A program made the translations under genes and the position numbers. A DNA stretch of 64,000 bases from Nageia nagi (lineage: Eukaryota; Plantae; Pinophyta): contig JBITNC010000001.1 in NCBI GenBank assembly GCA_050084985.1, positions 165,106,001-165,170,000 of the forward strand, written 5' to 3'. Below, one piece after another: positions 60,899 to 64,000 of this stretch. Every line of letters starts with the position of its first letter. Within the stretch, counting starts at the first letter, position 1. A model generated the notes under the pieces. The model saw nothing but the letters and a program-made list of their open reading frames with translations, was not told the origin of the DNA and made no database searches.

Positions 60899-63800
60899 GT
60901 TGTGTTTGAGGGGCTTCATTGGACACTTTATTGACTTGATATTTTTGATGTGAAGTACCTTGATTATTTTCATTATTTTGGTATTTTGAATTATTGTTCT
61001 CCTTCTTCATAAATTTGATCTCACCATCTTCTATCTTAGCTTCTTTTATCAACTTAGCTTAGCCCAAAGCTTCTTCAAAAGTATGATGTTGTTGAATCTT
61101 GATTATAGAAGAAATATGTTTGTTACAACTCTTGGAGAATAACTTGACCAATTCATCTTATGATAAGGTGTAAGGCATGTCTGTAATAATGGCTTTCCAC
61201 CTACATACATAATCTAAAATAGAATCATCCTCAAATTATGAAAGATTTATCAAGTCTATAATGGATTCTCTTTTATGTATGTTAATGCAAAATGATCAAG
61301 GAATTGGTTGACCAACTAAAAAAAGAATAGATGCTATGCTATGAAAGATTATTATACCAATCTAGAGCCTGACCTACTAGTATCATGGGAAAGGTCCTAA
61401 GCATGAGTACGTCATCATTACTGATGATGTAACATAAGTACTTAAACTATTTGAGATGCTCTCTAGAATCTTCCTTCCCTATGAACTTATTTATTAGAAT
61501 CTCAAATTTATAAGGAAAGGTCTTTGTTGGCACACTTGGATGAATGGACTCATTACAAATAGAAGTGTACAACAACTTAGCCTTTCCATGATCTTGAACC
61601 TAAAGTTCCATATCCTTTAACCTATTCATAATTTCATCATTTACATTGGAATATTGGGTATTAATTATAGATTGTTGTTTTGGAACTATGTTGATGGACA
61701 TATCATCATATTGAATGTCATAGTACAGATCCTAATCCTAAATGTATGATTAATTATAAGGTCATGCATTGAAAGTTATCTTAGGTCCAAGATTTGAAAT
61801 ATTTTGATCCAATACCCCTCTAGTTTGTGAATACTATAACTCATGATAACTCAGGATTCAAGATTATTCATGTGAAGAAGCTTTGGCTTGGTAGGATAAT
61901 TCATCATACTTAGGATCATAATGGGGTACAAGATAAATAGGATGGGAAGATGAATAATGAAGGCATGATGAAGGATCAATCAGATGAGAGTAAGACTCAT
62001 GCCCTAAATGGAATCTAAACTAATTAATTAGGTGTGAATGGAAAATTGGAACATGAGTTATACTAGGATGAATAGGATATGAACTAACATGATGAACATG
62101 ATCAAAATCATGCACATAGTGAGACATAGGATGACTTTTGAGTTATCTTCTAATATGGGTATCATTGTAATGATATCCAACCCAACTATCAAGTAGGGAT
62201 GGTGATGACCTATAAAAAATGAGAATATGTGGTTCATTACTAACATGTTTATGGTGTGAAGTGGCTTGAATGTGTGATGTGCTAGCATAGAGAGGTGTTC
62301 TAAGGTGTAAAAATGGTTCCTTATGGTATGAAATTTTAGGAAGTTCATCAATTATGTATTGTGTGGTGGGATGTAGTGAACAAGAACTAATGATGGGGGG
62401 AATAGGGATATCCTCAATATGTCCATCTTATATATCTTCTTAATATTTAGGAATTTGAGAATAAGTGACTTCAGTAATAGGAGGTAATTGTAGTGAATGT
62501 TCTCTAGTAAATGCATTTGATGGAACAAACTAGGCCTCCTAAAATCTATATATAATGTTTGGACTATGGGATCACTAATAAATATATCCTGCTAAGATAT
62601 TTGTGGCTCTAGAGGATGAATGGGATTATGGGTGAAACTAGGACTAGGATGAGGTATGGAATGCTTAGACTTATGATGTGGTGCATGGAATGGGTCACTC
62701 TATGAAGGATATATCTATTGATATGCTACAAGTTGAATTAAAGAAAAGCCATCTTCTATATGGGACAAGCTAGCTCTATGAGGCATCACATGATCTCTCC
62801 CCACCTACTTAGGAGTGGCCTCAAAAGCACAAAATCTCTCTAATATTTCACTAAAAGAGAGATAAGGTGATACAATGGTGGAATCATGATGGGATGACTG
62901 ATGAGGGGTATGTGACTAACTATGAGACATGCAAATGTGGCAAAGGACTTGATTGATTCATTTGATTGTTACATTCCTCTTCCTCATGTGTTCTAGATAT
63001 AAATTGAATCCTAGTCTCAACCATATGAATATGCCAAGGATTTTCTTCTTTAAAGGGTATACAAGACATGAAAACAAAGTAAGATAAGGGAATTAAATAA
63101 GAGACTCAATAAAGACTAAAACATACTCATGTGAAAATGAAATAATGCCAAAGCAATAAATCACAAAAAAAAGAGCCTAGAGTTTTGTTGAAGATATTAT
63201 TTAATGTGAATGTAATTAAAACCAAACAAACTACATGATCACATCAAAGATAAGTCTAAATGATAAGAAGTAAATGGTGATAGATAGCAATGGTGTTTAT
63301 CATATTTAATTACTTCTTGTTCAAATTGGTGCATTATCTTTTTAGTGAGATAGATTTTTAATGCAATTGTAAATTCTTGACTCTTTTTAGTTTTTTGAGA
63401 AATGATTCTAGTCAAGTGTTCTTGGGTAGGGCTCAATCTCTAGGGGGTGAATCATTTTGCAAGGGTGTATTAGGTACCTCTATTGACTTCTAACCAATAG
63501 AGGGGGGTTACCACCTTGGTGATGAAATCCAAGTATGGGTTAGGCCATGGTGATGAAGTCCACATAGAGAAGTAAATATGATGTGAAATCCTATATGAAA
63601 ATAAAATGAATCTACACCTCCCAAATTAAATTGAAAGGCACTCCTAACCCAAGGATGCTAAAGCAATAAATGTTTTTGTTTTTATGGTTTTGAAATAAAT
63701 AAAAACGCAAAGATAGCAATGTCTTTAAATGCACAATATAATGAGCAAATCAAATCCTAAAACTAAAGGAAATCCCTTTTTAAGATATTGATTTTAAATA

Positions 63801-64000
63801 CCAAATAATATTTTTAGTGTGTAATGCACCAATCCCTCAAGATGCAATGCAAATTTTGACTAAGAAGAAGAAGGTAATCCTAAATGCAAAAAGAACTCAA
63901 ACTATATTGACAAGGTGTTGGAAGAAAATCAAAAGCTAACTTGCCCATGAATGTTTCTTTTCACTCTAGTTTGATGCTCAAAATGAAGGTTACAATGCTC

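Larger units (their letters stand above)
59651..63024 (-). pseudogene. Tat/Ogre gag, decayed; interrupted by a TRIM
   Basis: Start MVETR (ATG 63024-63022). Retrotrans_gag remnants KFIGKEDSREHLK*F and LRTFPMILVGQALDWYN; Cys/His box YCIYHR*KWHDTNKCNQL; SLWDLLQQSPKHKGAL. Confidence 0.8.
40371..64000 (-). mobile_element. Giant Tat/Ogre-lineage Ty3/gypsy retrotransposon (5' LTR lies beyond the window)
   Basis: Minus-strand order: leader, gag, PR, G-patch, RT, RH, additional RNase H, INT, ~10-kb 3' region, PPT (aaaaaggggcatt, 41332-41320), 3' LTR. The additional RNase H is diagnostic of the Tat lineage. Confidence 0.88.

Overview
AT-rich, strongly CpG-depleted plant nuclear DNA, most likely gymnosperm/conifer (inferred from the style of the PPR, chromovirus and Tat sequences; not provable from this window). 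The only host gene that looks intact is the last two exons of a signal-peptide-peptidase-like aspartic protease (QPALLY motif, 733-1022). The rest is decayed, nested repeats: tRNA-type SINEs, L1 and RTE LINE fragments, PLS-class PPR pseudogenes (one amplified into a ~210-bp tandem array), a CACTA transposase, a Ty1/copia element split inside its RT by a second full-length copia (24701-33297), and a 1.5-kb non-autonomous chromovirus derivative (34195-35733). A very large minus-strand Tat/Ogre Ty3/gypsy element runs from 40371 to beyond 64000 and holds the three most interesting signals. (1) A 3.7-kb endogenous caulimovirid fragment (open 30K movement-protein ORF plus decayed capsid) lies co-oriented directly behind a truncated integrase, with two telomere repeats at the junction. 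(2) A 269-bp TRIM has an LTR end, PBS and internal region that fold like a tRNA cloverleaf with Pol III A/B boxes. (3) The 10-kb 3' region carries an antisense PMD ORF and repeated candidate structured-RNA modules. Boundaries of decayed elements are approximate. All family assignments are motif recognition by eye; no database search was run.
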